Virus record (IMG/VR): IMGVR_UViG_3300042509_002293
Location: 1-64,000 of that record
Reading direction: 5' to 3' (one strand)
Source: a virus
Length of the DNA: 64,000 bases
Positions 35,501 to 45,909 of the stretch are shown in pieces. A program made the position numbers and the translations under genes. How positions within the stretch are numbered: the first letter of the stretch is position 1; the number at the start of each line of letters is the position of its first letter. The notes beneath the pieces were generated by a model. The model did no database searches. It was not told where the DNA came from and saw nothing but the letters and a program-made list of their open reading frames with translations.

Positions 35501-37782
35501 AGAGCGCAGCGGTCACGCTCCAGAAGAACCTGGAACTGTACAAGCAGCTTGACGACTCGGTGCGTCAGGTCGAGAAGTCGGTCCGGGACCTCAACTCTGG
35601 CACGGTCGTCGACGGGAAGCTGTTTCCGGCTTCCGAAGAGGTGAAAAAGCGGGCGGCAGAGTACAAGGCGGAGTACACGGCCGCCATCGATGGGATTAAG
35701 AAGAAGCAGCAGTCCGGCGGCTTCCAGGACGAACTCAACGAGCGGCGGAGTCAACTCACGGCCGACCTGGAGTCCGGCAAGATCAATGCCGAGCAGTACG
35801 CCACCATGAAGGTGGAGCTTGACTCCACGAACGCGCAGGAGCAGGCCAAGTTTGCCGCCGAGGACGTTCAGCGGGAGTTTGACCGCAAGACCGCAAAGCT
35901 CAAGGCGGACATCTCGTTCGCTGACGACATTCGGAAGAAGCTCGACGAGGCCTTCCTGTCTCCGGTCGAGAAGTTCCAGAAGGAACTCCAGAAGGTACTC
36001 GACAACCCGCAGCTAACAGACGCCGAGAAGGGTTCCGCAGAGAAGATGCTCCGCCGGGATGCCAAGGAGGATCTCTTCGGCAAGACGGCCCAGCAGAACC
36101 TCACGGACCGGACTCGCGACATCATGCAGGCCAACAGGGCCGGCATTCTCGGTTCGCCGATGGCCGAGGCCGGTGGCGACGGGACGGTGCCTCCGGAGGT
36201 GGCTGCCGAACTGAAGTCCGCCGCCGAGGAATTCGCCTCTGCGGTTGGGGTCACCAGGACTCCTTTCGAGGAATTCTCGTCTCGGCTCGACGGGGTCGCG
36301 AAGCAGTTCGGATTCGCCGGGCAGCCACTCGACGAGGTCCGCAAGAAGCTGGCCGGCAACGCCGAGCAACTCGCCCTCTTCGATCGTGCCGTCCAAGAGG
36401 CTCGCGACAGCCTTCTTCAGTCCTTGGGCATCGAGAAGACGCCCGAGGAGGCCTTCAACGAGCAGATGAAGAAGATCGACGAGGCCGTCAACGCGACGGA
36501 CCCGAACAAGAGGATCACCGCCGAGCAGGCCGAGCAGGCCAGGACCGTCGCCCGCCGCAGACGGGACGCGGAACTGGGAGCCGGCGAGGACCTCGGCGGT
36601 CAGTTCGCCGAGCGTCAGCGGAAGATCGAGGAGTCGTTCGGTGGCGGCAAGGACCCGGCCCGGCAGGGCGTCGCCATGAACAAGCTGGCGATGGACCGCC
36701 GGCAGGCGGCCGGCCTGGACGCGACGGCTGGGCAGACGCTCAAGGCCGGCGTCGACAAGATCAACGACGCGTTCGGCGTTACCGGAAAGTCGATGGCCGA
36801 GATCCAGGCCACCCTCTCTCCGGCTGATTTTGCCGAGTACCAGGAGGCCGTCAAGGCAAACGCCGACAAGGTGAAGCAAAGTCTCGGCATCGAGAAGACC
36901 GGAGCCGAGCAGCTTGCCGAGACTCGGAAGAAGTACCAGAAGGCCGTCGCGGACAAGGTCATCACGGAGGAGGAGGCCGGCAAGGCCCTGAAGCGGCAGA
37001 GGGACAGCCTCCTGTCTTCGCTCGGGATCTCGAAGACACCGGCCCAGGACTTCGAGGACGCCGTCGAGCGAATCAAGGAAAACGCTGCCGAGCTTTCTCC
37101 GGACGAACTGGCGAAGGGAATGAAGGAGGCGAAGGACAAGCTCTTGTCGAGCCTGGGCATCGACAAGTCTCCGGTCCAGGCTGCTTCCGAGCAGATGGAA
37201 AAGCTGACGGAAGCCTTCGAGAAGGGCCAGATCAGCACAGAAGAGTTCGCGGACGGCATGCAGAAGACTCGCGACACCATGCTTCAGTCTCTCGGGATCC
37301 CGCTCGACCCGGTGACGCAACTCGCTGAGAAGATGAAGAATCTCCGGGAGGCTATGGACGCCGACCAGATTACGCCCGAGGAGTTCGCCCGTGGCGAGGA
37401 GGAGGCCAAGAGGGCCCTCCTGCCCGGTGGCGAAGAGGAGAGCCCGATCAAGAAGTTCCAGCGGGACCTGGAGACTCTGGAACGAGCCAACCAGGACAAG
37501 CTCATCTCGGACGACGACTTTGCGCAGCGGAAGCTCAACCTCCAGGCGGAGCTTGAGGAGTCCCTCGCCCCGGCCCTGGACAAACTGGCCCCAGACCGCC
37601 GTGGCGTCGACGGCTCTGACGCCCGCAGCAAGGCCGGCGTCGACACGTTCTTCCGGATTCTTCGCGGCAACGACAACCCGTCGCTCAAGGCCCAGCTTGA
37701 GATCGCCAAGAACACCCGCCTCCTCGCCGAGGCCTCGCGGGAGCCCGAGGCGGCTCCGTTCATCGCCCAGCTTCCTCGATAG
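32569..37782 (+). CDS. Tape measure protein
   Basis: 1737 aa, Ala-rich helical, MATIGSLVV start, follows chaperone; SLGIxK repeats near C-terminus. Confidence 0.9.
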   Translation: MATIGSLVVEFGADLRGLSEGIGAAVDLFDQVAERAERLAEQLESLARRDTRISISADSSEVDSATQSVEDLGEAIESASDVGGVSGGLSEVSSAAQAVATSSRDATTFISRFGEVASEAIRRPASDALRGTESYIEMRDSISGIGSTASQSLEAVSSATETTAFAARGCAEAFTSLASGNSAGQFADAAIVAAGRVVSAYREVSTLFSAVLPQAIGEGVTAFGALTATVGGGGAVLAAFQGSSAATAIVIGSLARSFVGVGVALATYSAIMAAARVVLSGLSDEARAYAEAGVSVVAMIVSGAAAARAGAAAYQIVASAMFRSGSASALLSQVLGTVSSATSRLLGPTTRLVSSYATLTSIIGVASTAFQGFSDRQQSVSQTFTQIAGSVARFAATSVAIGAVSGGLNALRAYAVAAGGAMTSAGAGSAALSGAFGGATAAAGGLIATFPAVAAAISVAAVASGRFEQQLESLASKAESIEQMADRFGSSNEGVEKLRIAASNANVSMMALIRSQQNFYTNLSKVKSGQFDSQNTREAKLAFDELGIPVEKLKSLKPEESFRLVAKSLSEVKNAADKTRIAVDLFGARGAFALPALKEIGELEEDFGRLGGAIRAVDFGNIMSMEASFDRLKVASDALSRTMLVPFVSLQRAFNNFAADLKGGLASALAPLATMLNAIAEPLAVIIEAFGRMINVTLRLIGIFTGIAAFFQIFASVAMIFQGIGEGFRAAMKPLEGLIDMFSSAGNEAGIFSGVISVVETVLNGIGVAIGYVIGILANAAIVIVAGAAAWAIYSAAMALASATSITAAFSFAAAWAAALGPFLPVIGLIAGGIALIGGAVMLLAVGIKAAFGYLVGLGQAFGLVSKQRDPIDASAASTKDLAAAAREAQDAASWFSDGENESVIAESVSEARDAFNGLVTESIKYGKAGSDSIASVQKRYADLEQSLADGKISTEEFTSKTEGLFESAEKGMKDYEQSAAVTLQKNLELYKQLDDSVRQVEKSVRDLNSGTVVDGKLFPASEEVKKRAAEYKAEYTAAIDGIKKKQQSGGFQDELNERRSQLTADLESGKINAEQYATMKVELDSTNAQEQAKFAAEDVQREFDRKTAKLKADISFADDIRKKLDEAFLSPVEKFQKELQKVLDNPQLTDAEKGSAEKMLRRDAKEDLFGKTAQQNLTDRTRDIMQANRAGILGSPMAEAGGDGTVPPEVAAELKSAAEEFASAVGVTRTPFEEFSSRLDGVAKQFGFAGQPLDEVRKKLAGNAEQLALFDRAVQEARDSLLQSLGIEKTPEEAFNEQMKKIDEAVNATDPNKRITAEQAEQARTVARRRRDAELGAGEDLGGQFAERQRKIEESFGGGKDPARQGVAMNKLAMDRRQAAGLDATAGQTLKAGVDKINDAFGVTGKSMAEIQATLSPADFAEYQEAVKANADKVKQSLGIEKTGAEQLAETRKKYQKAVADKVITEEEAGKALKRQRDSLLSSLGISKTPAQDFEDAVERIKENAAELSPDELAKGMKEAKDKLLSSLGIDKSPVQAASEQMEKLTEAFEKGQISTEEFADGMQKTRDTMLQSLGIPLDPVTQLAEKMKNLREAMDADQITPEEFARGEEEAKRALLPGGEEESPIKKFQRDLETLERANQDKLISDDDFAQRKLNLQAELEESLAPALDKLAPDRRGVDGSDARSKAGVDTFFRILRGNDNPSLKAQLEIAKNTRLLAEASREPEAAPFIAQLPR

Positions 37783-37797
37783 TACGGATACTCATAC

Positions 37798-38700
37798 ATG
37801 GCTGTCGTTCGATGCCGAGAGATGTACCGTGGCCGCCAGAGGTCCAACAGCTACGGAGACGTGCCGACGTACACCAGGATCTGGATGGTCACGGTCGACG
37901 ACGCGAACACACCTTTCCAGGAGATATCCGAGGCGCCCAAAATTGCGTGGCTGGCCGCGCACCCCGAGGACTCTAGCGCGTTCCTTTTTGACTCCCAGGT
38001 CCAGCAGGATGGCGACAGCCCGTTCCACTACCGGGTGACGTTCTCGTACAAAGGCCTGACCGACAAGGATCCTACGCCGACAGACAGGCCACCACAGTTC
38101 TCGTTCTCGGGCTCCCTGGCGTCGGCGCCATGCTTCTGGCACTACCCGTTCGCCAACAACAACACGGACAAGAGGGTGATCCTCAACTCCGCAGGGGACC
38201 CCATCGGAGGCCTCGACCGGGACGAGGGCGAGTTCACGGTGACGATCACCTACAACGAGATCGCTCCGTTCAATTACGCCAAGGCGCAGCAGTACGTCGG
38301 CGCCATCAACAGCGACACCTGGAGTGGCGGGGATCCGAAATGCTGGAAGTGCATGTCGATCAGCGCCAACAGGAAAATTGAGCGAGCGCCCGACGAAGCT
38401 CCGCCTCTAATACCGGGCGAGCCACGAGTCTGGAAGACATACATCTACTACGAATTGAGCGAGGTGCTCGCGTATCGGGCGACGGGCTGGGACCTCCAGA
38501 CGTGGGACGTGGGCTTCAATCAGATAGTCGGCGGTCAGCGGATGAAGATCATGGCAGGAGGCGACCCGGTGAGTGAGCCGGTCGCACTGAGCGGGGGGGC
38601 GGCGAAGGCTCCCGGCCAGCCGCCGGACCTGCTCTCGTTCCGCATCTACAAGATGCTTCCGTTCAGCGGGACGTTCCCTGTGATCCCAGACACGGTGTAA
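37798..38700 (+). CDS. Minor tail protein
   Basis: Directly after TMP; AHP, NSAGDP, INSD.W motifs. Confidence 0.6.
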   Translation: MAVVRCREMYRGRQRSNSYGDVPTYTRIWMVTVDDANTPFQEISEAPKIAWLAAHPEDSSAFLFDSQVQQDGDSPFHYRVTFSYKGLTDKDPTPTDRPPQFSFSGSLASAPCFWHYPFANNNTDKRVILNSAGDPIGGLDRDEGEFTVTITYNEIAPFNYAKAQQYVGAINSDTWSGGDPKCWKCMSISANRKIERAPDEAPPLIPGEPRVWKTYIYYELSEVLAYRATGWDLQTWDVGFNQIVGGQRMKIMAGGDPVSEPVALSGGAAKAPGQPPDLLSFRIYKMLPFSGTFPVIPDTV

Positions 38701-38704
38701 CGGC

Positions 38705-39073
38705 ATGGCATACGGACCATCACCCAGCTATCGCGCAGACTCCGGCTCGGCGTCCAGGCCTGTTCAGTTCACGCTCCAGGATGCGGAGCGAATCGGAAGA
38801 GTGGTGTCCGCCTACGAGCGAAGTCGTCGGGGCAGGAATCCCAGCACGCTGCCGAGGGCGGCTGGCGGCGGCGCGGCAATCCGGGAGGCGACGTTCGTGG
38901 GGTCGTGGGCGTTGGGGTCTCAGAAAGTCGTCGACCTAGCCGGCGGCGGGGGCACTGCGGTCGCGGTCAACAAGCTGTTCAACATCATCGGCGTTGGCTC
39001 CTTCGGCTGGAGGACCTGCTACATCTCTCGGTCCGGCGACGGGCCGTATGTTCTCGTCAACTCGGAGTGCTGA
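38705..39073 (+). CDS. Minor tail protein
   Basis: Position in tail-tip module. Confidence 0.55.
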   Translation: MAYGPSPSYRADSGSASRPVQFTLQDAERIGRVVSAYERSRRGRNPSTLPRAAGGGAAIREATFVGSWALGSQKVVDLAGGGGTAVAVNKLFNIIGVGSFGWRTCYISRSGDGPYVLVNSEC

Positions 39074-42000
39074 CGGTGGGCTCCCCTGATCGAGGCTGTC
39101 ACTCGCCGCGAGCCTACACCTGGGGGGAGGGGGCATCGGCGTCGTCCACCTACGGAAGGTACAGGGGCTCGTGGCCGTACCGCCAGGGGTCATACTTGCC
39201 TGGATTCTTCGGGGACTTCCGAGACCCGCCGATTGCGGGCGATTGCCAGATCCCTCCGTCCATGCAGGGAGACTGGATTGATTTCTCGTCAACGGGCTGG
39301 ACGTCGTATGCCATCGACTCTTCTGGCCAGTTGTGGGCGTGGGGAGACGGTCCGCTCGGGGACGGAACGCTCTACGGCTCCATGCACCCAATCAGGATCC
39401 CCGGGGGTCCCTGGAAAAGTGTGTCGACGTGCGGGCCCCACACCGTGGCCGTCACCACAGACGGCGACGTCTATACATGGGGCGGAAACTCTTACGGTGA
39501 GCTTGGCAACGGGACGGCGAGGGCACCTGAATCGTGGTCGCCTCGGCTGATGCTTAACTCGTCGATCGAGTACGTCAGGACAGGTCCCGGGACCGAATTC
39601 AACCCTTCATTTAATCTGAATTCCCCGCAGATTGTGAAGGCTAATCAAGACGACCCCGGCGGCGGTGCCATCCTCCGGGTCAACCGCGAATTTTTCATAG
39701 AGCGGTTTACCAACATATCGGCCTCCGGAATCTCTTTTGGGGAATTATTTAGCCTGCCCGTCCTGAGCGTTGAAGGCTCCCCTGTTATTGAGCCCGCCGA
39801 GCTTGCGCCCAACGTCTCCCTGAGGGTGCTGCGGGTGGAGGTCGTGTCTGGCGGACAAGGCTACGAAAACGGCGCGGCCGTGGTTTTCTCTCCGAACGCC
39901 GCCGGCATTGCCGCAACCGGCCGAGTCGTTGTCTATGGGGGGGCCGTGCTTTATGTCCTGGTCGACTACAGGGAAGAGCCGGTCCTCTACGACAAGATGC
40001 CGACGGCGACGATCGTGGGGTCAGGAGGCGGCGCCGTTGTGCAGGTGGTGGCAACCGGAAGAATGACCGGGATCGATCTTCGATCGAAAGGCCGATATCA
40101 GGCATCAGGCCTGTCTGTCGCCTGGAAGCTCCTCGGCCGCGACCACTCCACCGTGGTGTCGCAGGGCGACACGTCTGGGGCTTTCCTTCCGTTCGTCGTC
40201 GCTCGCATCACCGGCATCGACGTCATCGACGGCGGCAGCGGGTACACATGCCCATCAGGCCTTCCGCTGAAGGTGCATTGCAGCGGCGTCGAGGTTGGCG
40301 AGTGCGTTCTCTCGCCGTCGGGCGTGGCGTCGGTGACTCCGTCGACGGTCCAGGCGGCCGACCGGTCGCTCGGCGAGTTGTCGCCGTTCTCGGTAGGAAT
40401 CTATCAGTCGGGTGCTTCATTGACTTACAAGTACCCGCCCAAAGGCGCCGAGCTTCGCTTCACCGGCAGCGGGCTGGCGGTGCCGCTTGAAATCTCCTTG
40501 TCGTCAGCGCCTTTTGCCACGTCGCTCGACGCGGAAGCCGTTAATTATCCTGACGAGAAGTCGAAGGCCAGCGTGAACAAAGTTTTCGTTGTCCACAGCA
40601 AGGGAAGTTTTTCTATTGACGTCGCTGGGCGGAACGTCCGTGAAGAAAGCAAGGTTGAAATCTGGGTTCCCTACGAGGGAGAGCCGAATCCAGAAGTCCC
40701 GAAGGCCTACCTCACGTTCCAGGATGGATACCCAGAAATCGAACTGGTCGTCTGGTTTGACTATCCGCAGTGGTCGGCTCGCTTGACGGAGTCGATCTAC
40801 GGAGTGACGAGCAGGCCTTACGTTGTGGTGAGACAATCCGAGGAGCAGTACGGCCCCGGGACGAGGCCATCCACAGTCCTGCCGCTGCCGGTGGCTGCGG
40901 TTGATCCTACGGGATTCCCCTCTGCGATACCTCACGCCCCCTACAACCGACCCTTGAATCCATCCCGGGGCGGGCTCCTGCTGTGGGGCCAGAGGGCTTA
41001 CGACCAGCGACCTCTCACTGGGGGGCAGTGTTTCTGGCTGGGTCCTGGCATTACGGTGAGCGACTACGCTACGTCCGAAGGGGACCGGTGTTACGAGGTC
41101 GTCGACAACGTGTACGGCGGAGACGTCCTCGGGCTCGTGAGGGGCGTGCCGGCGACACTCACCGGCGCTGAAGCTCGAACCCACCACCAGACGAGCAGGT
41201 TACTGACTGGCTACGGCGTCACTGTCTACACATATCTTGGCGGGCAACGCTACTCATGGCCAGACTTCCAGACTCAGAGCGTTTATCCGGAGAGGCGGTC
41301 CGTAATAAGCAACTTAGGTGAGTCCTGGGAGGGACCGCCGACGCTGCCCCCGCAGGTCACCGCCGTATACGACGATGCCGGAACATACGGCGATCGGGTC
41401 TCAATCGCCTGCTCGGTCGGCACTCAAGGAAGGTCCGTAGGCCTATCCTTCTCGATATCCGACCCCGGCTCAGGATACAGGGAGGAGCCGAGCGTTGTGT
41501 TCACGACCCTGGCCCTGTCGCCCACCAGGATTTCCTCGATCTCCGGCGTCGACAAGGCCGTGGCCGTTTACGGTCGGACAACTCTCCTCAAGGACGGCGT
41601 CCTGTACTGGTGCGGCGCCGAGCACATCGGCTACAGCAATGGCACAGTCGCGTCGCTCATCTCGACGACCCCCACACGCCAGGGGTACTCGCTGCGGGTC
41701 TATTCCAATGGCTTGCTCGGAGGCATGCCCTGGAACCTGATCGATTACTGGGCTCCCAACCCCCCGGACGAAACGTACATCCTGAACATGCTGACGCAGG
41801 CGTTCCTGCCCCAGGCCAGGACGTCGGGGTGTGACGCCACTCCCCGGCAGGGGGACGGCCACAGCGATTCGTATGTCTCTCCGGGGCCCGTCGACGTCGG
41901 GCCGCCGTCGCCGCTGACTGGGGTTCCGATCTTTTGGCCGCCTGAGGGGTATGTGCCTCCTCCGCCGCCGACGGGGTGGCAGCCGCCCCCTCCGCCGCTG

Positions 42001-45000
42001 GGGGATCCTCCGCCCGGATCTATAGTCGTGCCTCGCGGAGTTTATGCCGGTTCGAGTCAGATATTCGACGTCCCAAACAAGAACGACCGTGTCGTCGTGC
42101 CCGTCGACTACTCCGACCGAGAGAGTATTTTCGGGGTTAAAAAGAGCAGCTATCCCGTCGCCGAGACTTTATTCGGCAGCCACTTCAGCGTGCCCGACCT
42201 GCCAGCCGGCTTCTACGGCGTCCTCGATTCGCCGGGATACGTCCGCGACATCATCCAGACGAGCCCGTGGGGATTCCACGCCATAGGTCAGGATGGAGGC
42301 AAGTGGATCGTCGGATCCGGCCCCGGGCCGGGGAGGTTCTGGCCCGTCCAGCGAAAGACAATTTTCGCACCTGAGGGCGCGGTGAGCGTGTCACGGACGT
42401 GGTCTCTGGAGGACAAGCAGGCCAAGTTGCAGCTTATTGTCAACAATGAGGTCTGCCGCGAGCAGCAGATTCAATGGAAGGCCCTCAAGGCTGAGGAGAA
42501 CAACGAAGACGTTCAGTTTTCGTGGAGGGACTTCGGGGATGTTGTGGCAGACTCACCCCAGGAGCTTGCGCTCTTGTTCCCCGCATATCCGGCCGGCTTT
42601 CGCCCAGGCGGGCTCGTCAAGCTGCGGATCTCTGGCGGCAGTAAGGTGACGATCTGGCCCGCCTCGTCGGGAACGCCCAGCGTCGCGACCTACGACTACG
42701 AGTCGTGTCCCAATAAGTATTTTGAATGGAAAAGATTTTACAGAGATGGGGAGAACAAAAATCCAGTCGGAGCGGGCGGCGTTACGCTCTTGCCCCTCGC
42801 CATTCCCACGGCCGAGATCCCCGAGGGCGGTGTGATCCTTAGGGCAGTCGCCGGGAGGATTCCGGGCGAATACTACGAGCCCACCTGCGAAGGCGAGGAC
42901 ACGGGCCCCGGAAGCACTTTTTGGGAAGGCCCAACCGCGACCACGATAGGCCACTTTTACACGCCCAAGTCCCACACCTGGAGCACGTCCTTCTGGTGGG
43001 AACATCACGATGCACCGATTTACGAGATACCAACGGAGGTGGACCTTCCCTCCATCAACTACCTCGGGGCTTACGCCGGCGGCCTCTACCTCACGCAGCC
43101 TCTTGCGATTGGCCAGATGGGTTACCTTGGCCAGATCGGTTATGTGAACGGCGACGGAATCTATGTTTCCCAGCCCTGGACTTCGCCGGCCCTGCCGAAA
43201 GATGTTGTGCTGTCTTCGCTTATTGAAACAAAAACCTACGTCACGCAACTTCCGACGGTGGTGTTGGTTTCTCCTTCTGGGGCTACGGTGACTGGACAGT
43301 GGGTCGCTCGCCCCACCTCCGGAAGCGGCATCGCGCCGTACAAAATCTCGAACGTCGTGGATGCGGCCGGGAAGTCGTTGTCGACTCAAGTCCAAAACGG
43401 AAGTACCAGCCTTGCCGTCACGAGCCAGGGCTCGACTGTCCTTTTGGGCAGCGGCCAGGAGGTCCCGTCCGCATACCAGCGAAGCTTCCAGAAGCTCGGC
43501 CGATCGTTCGGCTTATCGGGCGGGTCGATTTACACAACCGAGTCCATTCGACCCAGAGCCACGCAGAACGTGGCCGTGCAGGTCGTCAATCCTGGGTACG
43601 GATACACGGACGTCCCGGAGGTGCGTGCCAGCCACCAGCCGGACTCCAGCATCGCGAGGGTCACTCCGCAGTTCTCCGGGTCCGTCGTCTCCGTCGGCGT
43701 GATCAAGGGCGGCTCTGGATTTCAGTTCCCGCCCAGGGTGGCGTTCGCGAACGGGTTCGCCTCGGCCGAGGCCGTGATCGAGGGCCCAATCGGTCGCGTC
43801 GTAGTCGTGAACCGTGGGGCCGGCTACCTCTCGCCGCCGCTTGTTTATTTCGATGGCCCCGGAATCCCCGCGAAGGCAGTCGCAGTCCTTGGCCCCGGTG
43901 GCTCCGTTCAGTCGGTCACGATCATCGACGGAGGCAGGTATCGACAGCCTCCAGTAGTTCAACTGATTCCTACCAACTTTTGGGGCGAAGGTGCGATCGG
44001 GGCAGCGGCGGAGGCACATATCGACGGGCGGGTGCTGTACGCGACCGTGTCCAGCGGAGGCCAGTACGACAGCCCGCCTCTGGTTTTTGCCGTTCGTCAG
44101 ATTCCCCTCACTGAGACGTCCTTCACGGACGACGACCAAGACTACCGGGACTACAGAAACGGCCTGATCACGCTCCAGGAGTACCACGCAAGGCCCGGCG
44201 TATGCGTTCTTGAGGCCAGGGTCGAGGGGACGGTGACAGACATCGACGTCAACTCCGGCGGAAATTGGTACAGCGATTGGTACTGGAACGACACGGCGAA
44301 GGTCGAGAACTCACCGACTACCGAGGGCCTCGCGATCCACCCCCTCGTCTGCGACGATCCGTACAAGTCTTCCTTGCTTCCCCTGGGCACGCTCTCGGCC
44401 AACTTTCCGTACCCTGGCGGACCAGTCAGCAAGGGCAACATCTATTCCGGCAGGGTGTACCGCAGGAGACCCGAGTTTCCGCTCGTCAACTCGCAGACGT
44501 TCTTCGTCGAGATGGTGAATTGCGCCAGGAATCGTGCCCGGGGGCTGCGGTCCCAGGTTCCCGTCTCGCCGTGGCAATGGGTCAACGGGAGCATTCACGT
44601 CAAGGACATCTCCGGCAAGAGCCTCAAGACTGCGGTGTCGCACACCGAGATCACACTCCCGGGCGGGTCAAAGGCCAAGCTCAGCGACATCCCCATGACC
44701 CAGCGGTGGTACAAGCTCTTGGACGTCCTCGGAACCGGTGCCGAGATTAGTGAGTCCGGTCGCATTCTTTCGATCTCCGCGCAGGGGGGAGGCTACACTG
44801 ACGCCGTCTGCTTGCAGCTTGTGTCCGCAAGGCCTCCGGCCTACGGCGCCTATGCAACGACTGAGGTGGACAGTTCTGGCTCTGTTTCTGGGGTATCGCT
44901 CGATTCCGGCGGTTTCGGATACCTCAATCCGGTCGCCTTCGTGTACGGCGGCAGGCGAATGCCGGGTGTTCCGTATCGGCAGGCAAAGCTGGGCATCGTC

Positions 45001-45576
45001 ATGGCTGGCGGGTCGATGCCCAGGTCGATTGCTGGAGTCGTCGTCCTGGACGGAGGCTCCGGGTACGATCCTCGCGATCCCCCGAGTGTTCAGATCACCG
45101 AAGGCACCGAGAACATTGTCGACACCGAACTCGGCGAAGCCATCAACAAGGCACTCAGGGCAATCCCTTTCTCGTCCCTGATGGACTGGACTTCTGCCGT
45201 GGCCGAGTACGCTCGGGCCCCAGGAGACGCCCCGCCAGGGTACGTCGGTGAGCTTTCAAGTGCGTTCCGTTCGTGCGAGTCCGCGACCTCGTTCTCCGAA
45301 AGGCTCCAAGTCGCAACGCTCGGCGACCTCAAGATCGACACGTTTGCTTTCTTTGAGAGCATCCACTCAGTCAACACGCTGACCGGTCGCCCATACAACT
45401 TTGCCAGCTACAGTTCCCCACCCTCGCTGAGCGTCATCGGGGGCTGCTACACGCCCGCTGTTGTCTCGGCCACGCTCGCATCGTGGTCGGCCGTGGAGAT
45501 GGTCGACGATTATGCTCCTTCCGGCTGGTACAACCCGTGGAACGAATCGTATTTTGTCGCGAAAAGGGTGTCCTGA
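39067..45576 (+). CDS. Very large tail-tip/adhesin protein with RCC1-like and GGxGY repeats (start about 39067-39076)
   Basis: YAIDSSGQLWAWG, TVAVTTDGDVYTWGGNSYGELGNGT; many VxxGGxGY repeats; Pro-rich linker near 41.9-42.0 kb. Confidence 0.75.
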   Translation: MLTVGSPDRGCHSPRAYTWGEGASASSTYGRYRGSWPYRQGSYLPGFFGDFRDPPIAGDCQIPPSMQGDWIDFSSTGWTSYAIDSSGQLWAWGDGPLGDGTLYGSMHPIRIPGGPWKSVSTCGPHTVAVTTDGDVYTWGGNSYGELGNGTARAPESWSPRLMLNSSIEYVRTGPGTEFNPSFNLNSPQIVKANQDDPGGGAILRVNREFFIERFTNISASGISFGELFSLPVLSVEGSPVIEPAELAPNVSLRVLRVEVVSGGQGYENGAAVVFSPNAAGIAATGRVVVYGGAVLYVLVDYREEPVLYDKMPTATIVGSGGGAVVQVVATGRMTGIDLRSKGRYQASGLSVAWKLLGRDHSTVVSQGDTSGAFLPFVVARITGIDVIDGGSGYTCPSGLPLKVHCSGVEVGECVLSPSGVASVTPSTVQAADRSLGELSPFSVGIYQSGASLTYKYPPKGAELRFTGSGLAVPLEISLSSAPFATSLDAEAVNYPDEKSKASVNKVFVVHSKGSFSIDVAGRNVREESKVEIWVPYEGEPNPEVPKAYLTFQDGYPEIELVVWFDYPQWSARLTESIYGVTSRPYVVVRQSEEQYGPGTRPSTVLPLPVAAVDPTGFPSAIPHAPYNRPLNPSRGGLLLWGQRAYDQRPLTGGQCFWLGPGITVSDYATSEGDRCYEVVDNVYGGDVLGLVRGVPATLTGAEARTHHQTSRLLTGYGVTVYTYLGGQRYSWPDFQTQSVYPERRSVISNLGESWEGPPTLPPQVTAVYDDAGTYGDRVSIACSVGTQGRSVGLSFSISDPGSGYREEPSVVFTTLALSPTRISSISGVDKAVAVYGRTTLLKDGVLYWCGAEHIGYSNGTVASLISTTPTRQGYSLRVYSNGLLGGMPWNLIDYWAPNPPDETYILNMLTQAFLPQARTSGCDATPRQGDGHSDSYVSPGPVDVGPPSPLTGVPIFWPPEGYVPPPPPTGWQPPPPPLGDPPPGSIVVPRGVYAGSSQIFDVPNKNDRVVVPVDYSDRESIFGVKKSSYPVAETLFGSHFSVPDLPAGFYGVLDSPGYVRDIIQTSPWGFHAIGQDGGKWIVGSGPGPGRFWPVQRKTIFAPEGAVSVSRTWSLEDKQAKLQLIVNNEVCREQQIQWKALKAEENNEDVQFSWRDFGDVVADSPQELALLFPAYPAGFRPGGLVKLRISGGSKVTIWPASSGTPSVATYDYESCPNKYFEWKRFYRDGENKNPVGAGGVTLLPLAIPTAEIPEGGVILRAVAGRIPGEYYEPTCEGEDTGPGSTFWEGPTATTIGHFYTPKSHTWSTSFWWEHHDAPIYEIPTEVDLPSINYLGAYAGGLYLTQPLAIGQMGYLGQIGYVNGDGIYVSQPWTSPALPKDVVLSSLIETKTYVTQLPTVVLVSPSGATVTGQWVARPTSGSGIAPYKISNVVDAAGKSLSTQVQNGSTSLAVTSQGSTVLLGSGQEVPSAYQRSFQKLGRSFGLSGGSIYTTESIRPRATQNVAVQVVNPGYGYTDVPEVRASHQPDSSIARVTPQFSGSVVSVGVIKGGSGFQFPPRVAFANGFASAEAVIEGPIGRVVVVNRGAGYLSPPLVYFDGPGIPAKAVAVLGPGGSVQSVTIIDGGRYRQPPVVQLIPTNFWGEGAIGAAAEAHIDGRVLYATVSSGGQYDSPPLVFAVRQIPLTETSFTDDDQDYRDYRNGLITLQEYHARPGVCVLEARVEGTVTDIDVNSGGNWYSDWYWNDTAKVENSPTTEGLAIHPLVCDDPYKSSLLPLGTLSANFPYPGGPVSKGNIYSGRVYRRRPEFPLVNSQTFFVEMVNCARNRARGLRSQVPVSPWQWVNGSIHVKDISGKSLKTAVSHTEITLPGGSKAKLSDIPMTQRWYKLLDVLGTGAEISESGRILSISAQGGGYTDAVCLQLVSARPPAYGAYATTEVDSSGSVSGVSLDSGGFGYLNPVAFVYGGRRMPGVPYRQAKLGIVMAGGSMPRSIAGVVVLDGGSGYDPRDPPSVQITEGTENIVDTELGEAINKALRAIPFSSLMDWTSAVAEYARAPGDAPPGYVGELSSAFRSCESATSFSERLQVATLGDLKIDTFAFFESIHSVNTLTGRPYNFASYSSPPSLSVIGGCYTPAVVSATLASWSAVEMVDDYAPSGWYNPWNESYFVAKRVS

Positions 45577-45851
45577 TGCACGACCACCACTTCCACATCG
45601 GGCTGAACAACGAAAAGTGGCTCTGGCGGTACTCGCCCCTCAAGGGCGGCGCCGACGGGTGGACCGAGTACGCCAAGCGTAAGGTCCTCATCCACTCGAA
45701 GCTCAAGGGCCGCCAACGCCTCGAATGCGAACTCCACGAAGGGCTCCATGCAACTCTCGGTCCAACCGTCAGCGAGTCTTGCGTCGAGCAGGCCGCCAAG
45801 GACCTCGCCAAGATCCTCCACTCGCTCGGATACAGGCTGCATGAGTCTTAG
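45576..45851 (+). CDS. Small HExxH metallopeptidase-like protein
   Basis: LHEGLHA...E..VEQ. Confidence 0.6.
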   Translation: MHDHHFHIGLNNEKWLWRYSPLKGGADGWTEYAKRKVLIHSKLKGRQRLECELHEGLHATLGPTVSESCVEQAAKDLAKILHSLGYRLHES

Positions 45852-45909
45852 TCTGGAAAAGATAACCCCGCCCTGCTACAGTGGTCTCACCCAGTCACGG
45901 AGGCGAGGC

